The notes under the pieces: generated by a model | Told to the model about the DNA's origin: nothing | Database searches by the model: none | The model's input: only the letters and a program-made list of their open reading frames with translations | Source of the DNA: Macrostomum lignano | Taxonomy: Eukaryota | NCBI GenBank assembly: GCA_002269645.1 | Contig: NIVC01001173.1 | Location: 2,885 to 66,884 of the forward strand | Direction: 5' to 3' | Length of the DNA stretch: 64,000 nt | In this document: positions 39,465-52,354 of the stretch, piece by piece | How the letters are laid out: each line of letters begins with the position of its first letter | Numbering within the stretch: the first letter of the stretch is position 1 | Program-made: the position numbers and the translations under genes

Positions 39465-39870
39465 TGGTAGCTAGGGTTAATTTGTTGGAAGCTAGGGTTA
39501 ATTTGTTGGTTGCTGGGTTAATTGGTTGGTTGCTAGGGTTAATTTGTTGGTTGCTAGGGTTAATTTGTTGGAAGCTAGGGTTAATTTGTTGGTTGCTGGG
39601 TTAATTTGTTGGTTGCTAGGGTTAATTTGTTGGTTGCTGGGTTAATTTGTTGGAAGCTAGGGTTAATTTGTTGGTTGCTGGGTTAATTTGTTGGTTGCTA
39701 GGGTTAATTTGTTGGAAGCTAGGGTTAATTTGTTGGTTGCTGGGTTAATTTGTTGGTTGCTAGGGTTAATTGGTTGGTTGCTAGAGTTAATTTGTTGGTT
39801 GCTGGGTTAATTGGCTGGTTGCTAGGGTTAATTGGTTGGTTGCTGGGGTAATTTGGTTGGTTGCTAAGGG
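39465..39870. repeat. 19-21 bp minisatellite downstream of the TRAPPC11 stop
   Basis: Unit gggttaatttgttggttgcta. Confidence 0.94.
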
Positions 39871-39993
39871 AAAACCACTACTTGCAAGGAAACACTAGTT
39901 GCTGGGGTAACCTCTGGTTGCTAGAGAAAATTGCTTGGTTGTTCAGGAAAACTACTTGTTACTTGGGAAAATTAGTTAGTTGCTAAGTGACCG

Positions 39994-42900
39994 CTAGACT
40001 TCAACCAGATTTTCGCTGCCATTGGGCTGCCGCAACTGCTCATTAGTGGCGCCAGTGGATTTGCCGGGCGGTGCGACAAACAGATGCGACGGCAGGTCCT
40101 TCAGCAGGGTGTACACCGGCACCTCGGTGCCGTCCAGCCTAATGGCGATACGCGGCAGCTCCAACAAGCCGGTGGACATCGGGTAGGCGCAGTACTCCAG
40201 CCTGTGCGCCGTCTGCGGCAAGATGCGGAACGTCACCTGGGAGACGGGGCGGCAGATCGAGGGAGTTGATTTGCAACAGGCCAGCTGGATTCAGTTCTGC
40301 CGCTTCACCCCTGCTCTGCCGCTTCTTCCCCTGCTCTGCCGCTTCACCCCCTGCTCTGTCGCTTCACCCCCTGCTCTGCCGCTTCACCCCCTGCTCTGCC
40401 GCTTCACCCCCTGCTCTGCCGCTTCACCCCCTGCTCTGCCGCTTCACCCCCTGCTCTGCGCTTCACCCCCTGCTCTGCCGCTTCACCCACTGCTCTGCCG
40501 CTTCTTCCCCTGCTCTGCCGCTTTATCCCCTGCTCTGCCGCTTCATCCTCTCCTGCTCTGAAGCTCCTGCACCCTGTCCTGAAGCTCCAGCACCCTGCCC
40601 TGAAGGTCCAGCACCCTGCCCTGAAGCTCCAGCACCCTGCCCTGAAGCTCCAGCACCCTGCCCTGAAGGTCCAGCACCCTGCCCTGAAGGTCCAGCACCC
40701 TGCCCTGAAGGTCCAGCACCCTGCCCTGAAGCTCCAGCACCCTGCCCTGAAGCTCCAGCACCCTGCCCTGAAGCACTTACAGTCTTCATCCCGGAGAACA
40801 TGAAGCAGTCGCTGCGGTCAACGCTGAACTGCACCTCCTGTGGGTAGGCGGTCCGATTCTCCAGGCTGTAGGCCAGCGACACGGGCTGATAGACGGTGCC
40901 AGACGGCGGCAGGCTGAGGCTGACGCACAGAGGCAGATTGTACAGATTCACAGCCGGCAGGGGCACAGTGGTGCTCACAATTGGCAGCTGAATTTGTTTG
41001 CGCATCTGAGCTGCCTGACGGCGCCATCTGATAACGTAGGCCCCCAATCGGAAATTCTGAGTTCGCACAGTGTCGGCCGCCAGTATCCAGCATTCGGTCA
41101 GGCACTCGGACTCTTTCACAGTCACTGCGGAGCCAAATGTAATAGCGGGGCGGGCGAAACATTTTTTAACTAATTCAGTACTACTTATCAGTAGCTTGAA
41201 CGCGCATGTGTATTACTTTTTATTTCTAATTAAAAGAAATTATCAATGGCAATTTGAAGCATAAACATGCCAAGCAATCATAAACAAAACACAGTATTTT
41301 ATACGCGTACAAAATCTACTGATATTACTACTGCAAAATTAGATTGATTTTGGAATTTAGTGAGTATTCTATAATGCATGTAAACTGACGCGTCGCTAAA
41401 TTAATAATCTTAATAATATTTTTACCAGGGCTATTATCATCAGTGTGCAGAACTGCAAAGCAGAACAAACAGGAAGAAAGACATGATACAAAATTTAATA
41501 AATTTAATTCAATATGTGCACATGCCGAATATACTACTCACAGTTGGGCACATGCACTGCATATACTACTGCATATACTACTCACATCCGGCCAGCTGGG
41601 AGCCCTTCGGTTCCGCCGGATCGCCGCTTTCAGCTTCTGTTTCGCCATCTACCGGGGCCGGGGCGGAGTCGCCGGCCACCCGGACGTGCTGGCTGAGCCG
41701 CAGCTGGCTGCCTGCGATGTCCAGCGCCCAGGGCGACTGGCTCCGAGTGGTGGTTGACAGGACGAACGGATCGCGCACGGACACAGACGGGGTGGAGACG
41801 AACTGCAAAATTAAGGAGATGGGAGAGGATTTGGAGGAGTGACAGGTAGTAAAACTGTGGAATGACAGTGACAGTAGAGTGACACAAGTGGAGTGACAGA
41901 ATGACACAAGTGAATTAACAGTAGTGATAAGAAGAGTGAAACAAGTGAAATGACAGGAGAGTGACACAAGTGGAGTGACAGTAGTGATAAGAAGAGTGAA
42001 ACAAGTGGAATGACAGGAGTGACACAAGTGGAGTGACAGTAGAGTAACAGAAGTGAAGTAACAGTAGCTATAATAGAGTGACACAAAGTAAGTAACAGTA
42101 GAGTGACACAAGTGAAGTTCCAGTAGAGTGACACAAGTGGAGTGACACAGTCAGGAAAGTACTCACAGACATGGACTGCACATCGGACACGATTTCGAAG
42201 GGCGCTACGCAGCTAACGGTGAATGAGTCAGTGAGAGATGCCGAGCAAACGATGGAGCGGCCCAGCACAGGCACCTCAGTGTCATAAATTACCTGTGGAA
42301 TATTCGGTTACAACCGAACTCAATGACAGTCAATGGATTCAAAACTAGAAAAAATAATTAATTAACCAACCGATATGCTAATCTCTTTGTCGCCCGGTTG
42401 AAAAATTTGACAATAAAAAGTTCGCGCCGCCGTGGCGCCAATATCGATGGCGCCAAGATCTAGGTCGGACAGCCGGTCCACCGGGGTGTCGCCGGGATTT
42501 TTAGCTGACTGCATGGGGTCGCAGGTCATGTGGAAGCCGCGATCCTGCTGCGCTGAAGACTGCTGCTGCTGCTGCTGCTGTTCTCCTTTGGCCTCGGAAA
42601 TTTTCCTAGCGGCCCCCTGGAGCTGCTGCTGCGCCGAGGACACCAGGGCCAGGGATAGGCGGCAGTTGAAAATGCGAGTTGGCTCGTTATTGCGCAATGC
42701 CAGCGTTACCGGGTAGAACTCGTTGACTAGGGCTGGCGACTCGTGGGTTACATTAACGGATACCTGGGCCGCTTTGGGCACCACTCTGCAGGGGTAGATG
42801 GGGAGGGGTGACTTGCTTAGAACTTCCGGTTTTGGGAACTAGCATTTCCAGCTTTGGGAAATAGCACTTCCGGTTTGGGAACTAGCATTTCCAGCTTTGG

Positions 42901-45900
42901 GAAATAGCACTTCCGGTTTGGGAACTAGCATTTCCAGTTTAGGGAAATAGCACTTCCGGTTTGGGAACTAGCATTTCCAGTTTAGGGAAATAGCACTTCC
43001 GGTTTGGGAACTAGCATTTCCAGTTTAGGGAAATAGCACTTCCGGTTTGGAAACTAGCATTTCCAGTTTAACGAAATAGCACTTCCGGTTTGGGAACTAG
43101 CATTTCCAGTTTAACGAAATAGCACTTCCGGTTTGGGAACTAGCATTTCCAGTTTAGGGAAATAGCACTTCTGGTTTGGGAACTAGCATTTCCAGTTTTA
43201 GGAAATAGCACTTCCGGTTTGGGAACTAGCATTTCCAGTTTTGGGAAATAGCACTTCCGGTTTTGGAGACTGACTAGAACTTCCGGTCTTGGTGACTAGC
43301 ACCTAAGGTTTCACAACTATTAGCATCCACGAAATTAATTTATACCTAGTGAAAGGCCGATGCTTCAACTCGGCCCAGTCACCCGCCGCCACCGTAGCAG
43401 AGCCGGCAGAGTCGGAAGCGGAAGTCGCATCGGCGTGAAATGGATTTTCGGCGGCGGCGGCGGCCACAGCGGCGGCCGTGTCGATTTTCCAACGCAGCCG
43501 GAGGGCCAAGCCGGGGCCGGACATGACAAGCGAGACGGAGGTGACGCCCAGTTCTCGTCCGGTGTCCTGCGGCTCGGCGGCCAGCTGGAAGGCGATGCAG
43601 GCCGGTCTGTTGGGCCGCAGGGTCAGTTGCTGGCTGTCAGACAGATTGCAGAGATCGTTGTAAGCCGGATTGGTGAACTGCACGCTGAGCTGGCTGAACT
43701 CGATGTCCTGTACGCAGTCGCAGCTGTAATAGTAACGAGAATGGCAATTGTTAACATTTTGAGGCTTGAAAACATTTAGCTTCCGGTTTGTACAAATAGC
43801 TTCCGGTTTGTACACATAGCTTCCGGTTTGTACAAATAGCTTCCGGTTTGTACACATAGCTTCCGGTTTGTACACATAGCTTCCGGTTTGGACACATAGC
43901 TTCCAGTTTTTACACATAGCTTCCGGTTTGTACACATAGCTTCCGGTTTGTACACATAGCTTCCGGTTTGTACACATAGCCTCCGGTTTGTACACATAGC
44001 TTCCGGTTTTTACACATAGCTTCCAGTTTTTACACATAGCTTCCGGTTTGTACAATTAGCTTAAAGATTTTAAAGCAGTACAGCTAGCTTCCAATTTGTA
44101 CATCTAGCTTCCGGTTTGTAGCTTCCGGTGTGTACACAGAGATTCCGGTTTGTACATCTAGCTTCTAGTTAGTGAATCTATCTACTTTGCTTGTCTAAAT
44201 CTAGATTAAATAGAAGACAATCTTGACTCTGATTAGTGAATCTAACTTCCGGTTACAAGTGAAACTCAAACGTTTCTATAAAGCCAACAAAAACACGTTC
44301 TCTCACAGTAAGTAGACATGCAGACACATCGGCTGATTGGCCTCGTAGGATTTTGACGTAAATGCGATCCGACATTTGACGAACGACTTCAACTTATCCA
44401 TATCGACTAGAATCTCGCGTTGCTCACCGGAAGCAGCCGCCGCCGCGGCCACCCACGCCGGTTGAGCGTCGGCGCAGTCGGCGGCCGGCAGCTGGCCAGG
44501 AGGCGGCGGCGCCCCTGTGGCTACCAGCTGAACCAGGCCGCCTTGGATCCGCTGCCTGTCGAGCTCGGGCAGGCAGGCCCGGGAGTTCATCAGCTCCAGG
44601 CAGGCGTGCACATACGGCTGCGGAGCAGCTATGGCGTAGGCTGCACGGAGGCACAGCTGCAGGATGCAGGTGAGAATTGTCCACCAGCCTTCCCGCCTGT
44701 AGTCGTCAAGGACCGCCACAAGGCAGCTGCGAGTGAATTATAGTCCGGAGTGAGGATTGGTTTTAGCGATCAGTTGGGAGTATAGACTTCAGAATGCTCG
44801 AAATCGGAGTAGATTGTGCGAGAATCTAGACTAGATCGTGTGCGAACTTAAAGCAGATCATTTGTGAATCTAGACTAGATCGTGTGCGAACTTAAGCAGA
44901 CCATTTGTGAATCTAGACTAGATCGTGTGCGAACTTAAAGCAAATCATTTGTGAATCTAGACTAGATCGTGTGTGAATCCAGAGAAAAACGTGTTTGAAT
45001 TTAGACTAGACCTGTGTGAATCTAGAGTAGATCATGTGTGAATCTAGACTAGACCTGTGTGAATCTAGAGTAGATCTATGTGAATCTAGAGTAGATCATG
45101 TATGAATCTAGAGTTATACATAAAAATTTTACCTGAGGCACTCCGAGTACTGCTTAGCATTGTAGTGCTCTTCGCTCATCTGCACATCTGCAATAAAGGA
45201 TTGCATTGGTCAGGCCAAATTAATTCCTATATATATTTCAGCTTAACAGCAGGCATAAAGCAATAGCAATGCGCAAGCTTACACAACTGTTGCTTAGTCC
45301 TGGGCGATTTGTACTTTTTAAAGTAGCGAACAGCGTTGCCCAATAGAGAGATTATCTGAGCCTGAAAATTTTGATGTGAAATTGTGAACCTGTCGTTGAA
45401 TACTGTAAGCGACCACTGCTACCTTTAGAGTCCTCCAGGTGTTATGAGCTGATTACCCCATAGAATCCTTCGGGTGGCAGCTGATTACCCCATTGAATCC
45501 TTCAGGTGGCAGCTGATTGCAGCTGATTACCCCATTGAATCCTTCGGGTGGCAGCTGATTACCCCATTGAATCCTTCAGGTGGCAGCTGATTACCCCATA
45601 GAATCCTTCGGGTGGCAGCTGATTACCCCATAGAATCCTTCAGGTGGCAGCTGATTACCCCATAGAATCCTTCAGGTGGCAGCTGATTACGCCATAGAAT
45701 CCTTCGGGTGGCAGCTGATTACCCCATAGAATCCTTCGGGTGGCAGCTGATTACCCCATAGAATCCTTCGGGTGGCAGCTGATTACCCCATAGAATCCTT
45801 CGGGTGGCAGCTGATTACCCCATAGAATCCTTCGGGTGGCAGCTGATTGCAGCTGATTACCCCATAGAATCCTTCGGGTGGCAGCTGATTACCCCATAGA

Positions 45901-48900
45901 ATCCTTCGGGTGGCAGCTGATTACGCCATAGAATCCTTCAGGTGGCAGCTGATTACCCCATAGAATCCTTCGGGTGGCAGCTGATTACCCCATAGAATCA
46001 TTCGGGTGGCAGCTGATTACGCCATAGAATCATTCGGGTGGCAGCTGATTACGCCATAGAATCATTCGGGTGGCAGCTGATTACGCCATAGAATCATTCG
46101 GGTGGCAGCTGATTACCCCATAGAATCATTCGGGTGGCAGCTGATTACCCCATAGAATCCTGGAAGCCAATTTGCCAAGCCGTACTCACAGACAGGTCCA
46201 CTTTGAGCTCCTCATTCTGCAGAGCCTGAATGCCGTCCCTCTCCTTGCCGTAGTCGGGCGGATCAAAGGACTGATTGCCCTGGCGCCACGGCCGCTGCCC
46301 GTAGAAGTCCAAGTTGTTCAAGTCAGCCAGCGGGTTGGGCCGGTCGCTCAGATCCACAAACTGGGGGTTGAGGGCAGTGACTGAACTGGTCTGAGCATCA
46401 ATTGAGCAGAGGGCACTATTCTAAGGTCTATTCTTTCATACGCAGTTCTCACTAATCCGGATACTAAATCTTAATATCTAGATCTCATCTGCTGTTTTCT
46501 GCTTTTTGATTTGTCTTATCTATTTGTATAGATCTCATCTCATCCTGACTCATCTATTTACCTAGATCTCATCCCACCAGGTCTCATCTATTTATCTAGA
46601 TCTCATCTCACCTTGTCTCATCTATTTATCTAGATCTCATCTCACCTTGATTCATCTATTTGTCTAGATCTCATCTCACCTTGTCTCATCTATTCGTATT
46701 TATCTAGATCTCATCACACCAGGTCTCATATATTTATCTAGATCTTATCTTACATTGTTTCATAAATTTATCTAGATCTCATCTCACATTGTCTCATCCA
46801 TGTATATATATCTCATCCCACATTGTCTCATCCATGTATCTACATCTCATCTCACATTGTCTCATCCATGTATATATACCTAGTCTCACAGTGTCTCATC
46901 TATTGATCTAGATCTCATCCCACAGTGTCTCATCCATGTATCTACATCTCATCTCACAGTGTCTCATCTATTGATCTAGATCTCATCTGACCAAGCTACT
47001 AATTGCCAAAACTAAGCAGGATCTTATTAACCTACTAAGCTCACCCGGCAAAGTTTCTGACTGTGCGTCTTTCTCATGATGGCGTGCCTAGCCGCCTCCT
47101 GAAAGTAGATGCCCGGATGCTGCATCTGCACAGCGCTCAGGCCCAGTTTCACGGCCTCGTTGAACAGCTCGCCAAACAGTTCGTTTCTAGGCGAATGGTT
47201 TGCGAATAATTTAATTGACAAAGAAACAAACTCGATGATGACTATAGCGTAGAGACAAAACTTATACAAAAGATGGCGGCGACATTTTCACCTTCCAGTG
47301 ACATTTCGACTGCCAGTGACATTTTGACTGCCAGTGACATTTCGACTGCCAGTGACATTTTGTCTGCCAGTGACATTTTGACTGCCAGTGACATTTTCAC
47401 TGCCAGTGACATTTCGACTGCCAGTGACATTTCGACTGCCAGTGACATTTTGTCTGCCAGTGACATTTTGTCTGCCAGTGACATTTTGTCTGCCAGTGAC
47501 ATTTTGTCTGCCAGTGACATTTTGACTGCCAGTGACATTTTGTCTGCCAGTGACATTTTGACTGCCAGTGACATTTTGTCTGCCAGTGACATTTCGACTG
47601 CCAGTGACATTTTGACTGCCAGTGACATTTTGTCTGCCAGTGACATTTCGACTGCCAGTGACATTTTGACTGCCAGTGATATTTTGACTGCCAGTGACAT
47701 TTTGTCTGCCAGTGATATTTTGACTGCCAGTGACATTTTGTCTGCCAGTGATATTTTGACTGCCAGTGACATTTTGTCTGCCAGTGACATTTTGACTGCC
47801 AGTGACATTTTCACATTTTCACCGTCAATGACATTTTCACAGTCAATCACATTCAACTACAGTTACCAAGGACCGTACAGTTCTGCGATAAAAGTTCACA
47901 ACTTTGCCGCAAAATGCATTAGTTCAGTTTTGTGAATATAGGGTGCACCCTGGCGCACTTTAAGCGACATGGTCACACAACCGGCGAGAGGCATTACTGC
48001 CCATTCCGCCGACTCCCCTGAGCAGGCACACACTCACACAGGAGTGTACAGCGGCCCTAACTTTATTTATCCTTAGGCATGTACACTTCACAGTGCAATG
48101 GGTGTTGGTCCTCAAGGGCGTTAATTGCACGAGCAGAGCTAAGCCGAGATTCCAATTCAACCCCAAATTAATGTGACTGCACTTGGAAGGGAGCCTAAGC
48201 CCATCACTTTCAGATGTCTCGTCCTGTTACTACCAGAAGTCCCTGAAGACTATAAGAAATCCTTAAGTTACAGCCATCACTCACTGCTTAGACAGCCATG
48301 AGTAGTGCTCAAATGCCAGCTCCATCATGCCCACCCGATCCTTGAAATAGTCAGTGAACGCTTTAAACTGTTTAATAGCGTCCATAGCGTTCTTCTGGAA
48401 CAGCAGCTTGCAGATTTTGTAATTCACAAAGCCGGCAATGACTTTGGTCTCAAGTATGTGCTTCTCGTGCAGCCGCAGATCCAGGATGTGAGTGTAGCAC
48501 TCTTTGTAGTGCTTGAGCGCGGCAGCTTGGTCCTGCGAGGCGGATTAAATGTCAAAATGGTTTCCATCCGGCAATCAAACAACTACTGCAATGGAAATCA
48601 ACAGGTTGCAAATAAAATGTTTACCTGTTTGAGCTCATTGTAGAAGGCGACCTTGAACTGGTGCCGAACGAACAGCAGCTGGTGCGATATTTTATTAAGA
48701 TTGTCGCGGTGACTTTTCACCTGAAAATTGCATTGGCGATGGTTTTTTCTGTTGTTTTGCTCGGTTCTTTTGGACTGAAGTTGCTTCCAACAATAGGGTC
48801 CGATTAAAAGCGGACAGGAGAATCCGAAAGAGAGCAAAGAATTCTGCTTCAAGTCTAAGCTGGGAATTGAGTTTAACTATGGAGTGTAAATACTGTTCTA

Positions 48901-49126
48901 TATAATATTTCAATTAATAATTAATACACTAGAAAAATTTTTATGTACATGCAAAAATATCGAAGCGGAAAGGCGGATGCAACTTAAAAATTCTAGTAAA
49001 TAAAACAGATGTTAAAACAGGAGGATACAGAAAAGAGACAGACAGACAGGCAAACAGACAGACAGGCAGACAGGCAAACAGACAGACAGACAGACAGGCA
49101 AACAGACAGACAGACAGACAGACAGG

Positions 49127-49168
<42 letters not shown>

Positions 49169-49230
49169 GGCAAACAGACAGACAGACAGGCAGACAGACA
49201 GACAGGCAAACAGACAGACAGACAGGCAGG

Positions 49231-49288
<58 letters not shown>

Positions 49289-49318
49289 GGCAAACAGACA
49301 GACAGACAGACAGACAGG

Positions 49319-49364
<46 letters not shown>

Positions 49365-49426
49365 GGCAAACAGACAGACAGACAGGCAGACAGACAGACA
49401 GGCAAACAGACAGACAGACAGGCAGG

Positions 49427-49480
<54 letters not shown>

Positions 49481-49482
49481 GG

Positions 49483-49524
<42 letters not shown>

Positions 49525-49586
49525 GGCAAACAGACAGACAGACAGGCAGACAGACAGACAGGCAAACAGACAGACAGACAGGCAGG

Positions 49587-49640
<54 letters not shown>

Positions 49641-49642
49641 GG

Positions 49643-49673
<31 letters not shown>

Positions 49674-51040
49674 GCAGGCAAACAGACAGACAGACAGGCA
49701 AACAGACAGACAGACAGAGGACTCCGATTAAAACAAGCGCGAGTTCCATCTGGAACAGGAGACTGCAGCGGAGAAATCAATGCAAACTCAATTCGGAGGC
49801 GCACAAGCGAAGCCACAGCAGACTCAGCCTGGAAGAGCGGGGAGTATCATATTGTATAACAAACTACAGTGTGCCAGAGTTGGGTTCAACTTCAACTGTG
49901 AAATTGAACTTTGAAAAAATAAAAAACAGAATTTCAAAATTGCCAATTTGGAAGGGGGCAGCAGCTTGGGCGGTGGCTCTCACCCGCCGCGCCTCCTGAT
50001 GGTAGTAGTTCTGGGACAAGTCGAAGAAGGCGCTCTCCAACCGAATAATGTAGCCGTAGAGGTGCTCGGTCTGCACCAGCACGAACAGGTGATTCGGATT
50101 CAGGTCGCAAGCCGAGCACAGGCTGGGCGCGCGCTCTTTTGCGCTTAGATCTTCTTCTAGGGGCAGAGCCGGCTTTCGTTGCAGCAGAACCACGGCCACG
50201 CTGGTCAGACGGCCGGCCAGGCACTCGCGGACAACTCGAACCCGGGAGGCGCATTCGATTTGCTTCTCGCGGAATTGCGGATCGTCCCAGTCTAAGTCGA
50301 AGAACACCACGACTAGGGAGGGCACCAGGACCAGGTGCTTGCGGAGCCAGCCGCACTTCAGAATGCCCTGTATTAATGGGAGAGGACCCATGGACTTCAG
50401 AAAGTAAAACCTGGTCATATAACCTGTAGAGTTTTTGATAAAATCTGGATAGGATATTAGATTTTGATAAAATCAAACATCTGGATAGGGGAGTGCTGCT
50501 CAGACCATGGAGTTCGATGCCGAGAATCTGGATAGGGGAGTGCGACTCAGACCATGGAGTTCGATGCCAAGAATCTGGATAGGGGAGTGCGACTCAGACC
50601 ATGGAGTTCGAACTGGACTGAACATGGAGGTTGGCGTCCAGATTCTTGGCATCGAACTCCATGGTCTGAGTCGCACTCCCCTATCCAGGATCCAGAATCT
50701 GGATATTTCATTACATCCTAATGAAAACGCTATACATATTACTAACAAATAATTTAACGAGTAGAATAAAAAGAAAATGACGGGCTTTCTACCGTCATTA
50801 AATTGTCACCTTTGGAATATACCACTCGTAGGAGGTTCGCTTAGTTTTGCATTTTGGATACTCGTGATCAACGGCATTGCGGACGAAGCGCAGAGGAAGT
50901 CTGTCGGGCTTCCGGTGCTGGCTGAACGTGTCCAGGATGGCTTTGTGGCTGGGGTTTCGCTCCACGTCCAGGCCCGTCAGAGCGACAAGGCCGACCGGCT
51001 TTTCAGTGAGCTGCTCGGGAAAGTAGGAGGCCCACGACAT
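39994..51040 (-). CDS. TRAPPC11: Trafficking protein particle complex subunit 11 (TRAPP III), complete, 15 exons, about 1192 aa
   Basis: Exons: 50810-51040, 49984-50367, 48625-48720, 48285-48532, 47045-47186, 46190-46390, 45283-45361, 45133-45187, 44307-44726, 43346-43723, 42371-42785, 42167-42292, 41586-41802, 40781-41124, 39994-40236. Total 3579 nt, phases consistent. Motifs: [79 protein letters not shown], all matching TRAPPC11/gryzun as I recall it. Confidence 0.97.
40295..40772. repeat. Two abutting minisatellites (20 bp and 21 bp), TRAPPC11 intron 14
   Basis: ctgctctgccgcttcacccc (40295-40555), then gaagctccagcaccctgccct (40560-40772). Confidence 0.96.
41830..42150. repeat. gtgacacaagtggagtgaca-based minisatellite, TRAPPC11 intron 12
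   Basis: Degenerate tandem units. Confidence 0.88.
42822..43290. repeat. 43-bp dimeric minisatellite, about 11 copies, TRAPPC11 intron 10
   Basis: acttccggtttgggaactagc + atttccagtttagggaaatagc. Confidence 0.96.
43778..44165. repeat. 20-bp minisatellite, TRAPPC11 intron 9
   Basis: Unit agcttccggtttgtacacat. Confidence 0.96.
44820..45115. repeat. gaatctagactagatc-based degenerate minisatellite, TRAPPC11 intron 8
   Basis: Degenerate tandem units. Confidence 0.85.
45445..46160. repeat. 32-bp minisatellite, about 22 copies, TRAPPC11 intron 6
   Basis: Unit gctgattaccccatagaatccttcgggtggca. Confidence 0.97.
46475..46990. repeat. tctagatctcatc-based degenerate minisatellite, TRAPPC11 intron 5
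   Basis: About 33-bp degenerate units. Confidence 0.85.
47290..47815. repeat. 18-bp minisatellite, about 29 copies, TRAPPC11 intron 4
   Basis: Unit gccagtgacattttgact. Confidence 0.97.
47941..48200 (-). mobile_element. Second copy of the same SINE, head decayed or truncated, in TRAPPC11 intron 4
   Basis: About 260 bp of clear similarity to 55300-55590 (gtgcaccctggcgcactttaagcgacat...gccgagattccaattca.ccccaaattaatgtg). Confidence 0.8.
49035..49720. repeat. (GACA)n microsatellite with ggcaaaca interruptions, TRAPPC11 intron 2
   Basis: Directly visible. Confidence 0.97.
50481..50688. repeat. 47-bp tandem repeat (about 2.7 copies) followed by a perfect 51-bp inverted copy
   Basis: Units start at 50481, 50528 and 50575. 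50638-50688 is the reverse complement of 50528-50578. Confidence 0.92.
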
Positions 51041-51159
51041 TGCGAGCTGGAGAATCGCAGTTTAGGCACTGAGATGAGAGTATTGAGTTATAAATGCAGA
51101 CCTGCACAGCTTGAGAACTGGGATCTGTAGCTATAAGAAATAGTTTTTTGGAATGGAGG

Positions 51160-51440
51160 ATTGGAATTCTGGGATGTAGGATTGGGATTCTGGGATGTAG
51201 GATTGGGATTCTGAGATGTAGGATTAGGATTCGGGGATGTAGGATTGGGATTTCGAAATGTAGGATCGGAATTCTGGGATGTAGGATTGGGATTCTTGAA
51301 TGCAGGATTAGGATTCTGGGATGTAGGATTGGGATTCTGGGATGTAGGATTGGGATTCTGGGATGTAGGATTGGGATTCTGGGATGTAGGATTGGGATTC
51401 TAGGATGTAGGATTGGGATTCTGGGATGTAGGATTGGAGC
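51160..51440. repeat. 21-bp minisatellite upstream of the TRAPPC11 ATG
   Basis: Unit gggattctgggatgtaggatt, about 13 copies. Confidence 0.95.
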
Positions 51441-52354
51441 TGTAGATTGTAGAATAAAATCAATGTTTTGGTTTAGGTCTTGGAATTTGGGTTTCTGGGA
51501 AGAGTTGGGATTCAGGGACGAATAATTCTGATTGTACGATGAAGGGCTCTGAGATTCTGAAATTCTGTAAAGCAATGGTGAAATCCAGGTGAAAAAAGCA
51601 AGAGCAAAATCCAAGCTACAAGTTCTCGATGCCGGATAGAAAAAAATACAAAACAACGTTTAATAAAATGATATCGAGTAAAGCTTTGGGAACAGTAAAA
51701 TGACGAGACGCGGTTTAAAAAAAGTTAAATTTAGCAAACACTTACCAGAATAAAAGCACAAGCAGCACAATTATTAACTTAGCTAAGTAAAATTTGCAGA
51801 CAGAAATGCAACAGAAAACGACACAACAGCCAAAAAAGAAGACTTTGAGAATGATACAACTGTGAGTCTTCTCTGTGTCCAGGACTTGGAACAGGAACTG
51901 CCAAGCATTGGATACACACACACGCACTCACAAATTCACTTTCGTGTTGAGCCAGCTAACCGAAAACAAGCAGGCGATCCGTGCGTCACCACGCAAGACA
52001 AAAATAAACTTCCACATCCTGCTCACTGACTAGGGTCACTAACGAGTGTATCCTCTATAGGCAGGAACAAATTGAAACTGTAAGCACACAAATTTAATCC
52101 AGATTTTGTGAAAGTCTTTTAGCTACCGGCAATAAAAGTGTAGAACAAAAATTTTAATTAAAATAAAAGATAGCTTTGCTGACTAGAAGTTTTAAAAAAA
52201 CAGCTAACACTAATACTATGAGGACAGAATTTTGAAAAAAGCACTGGACAAAATACGAAACAAAACCAAAAGTTGTCAGTACAAAATTCCACAACGTCCA
52301 ACACATTTTTTAAGCGATTATTATGTTAAACAGACACCACGAAACAGGCTTGTC

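Noticed and set aside
48941-49816. TDRQ and VCLS repeat ORFs (also at 22351-22633)
   Set aside because: Translations of (GACA)n microsatellites.
51742-51927. Hydrophobic 61-aa ORF ending at a GTAAGT donor
   Set aside because: No ATG, no recognisable family and no frame-compatible partner exon. It may be a TRAPPC11 5' UTR exon but cannot be supported as CDS.
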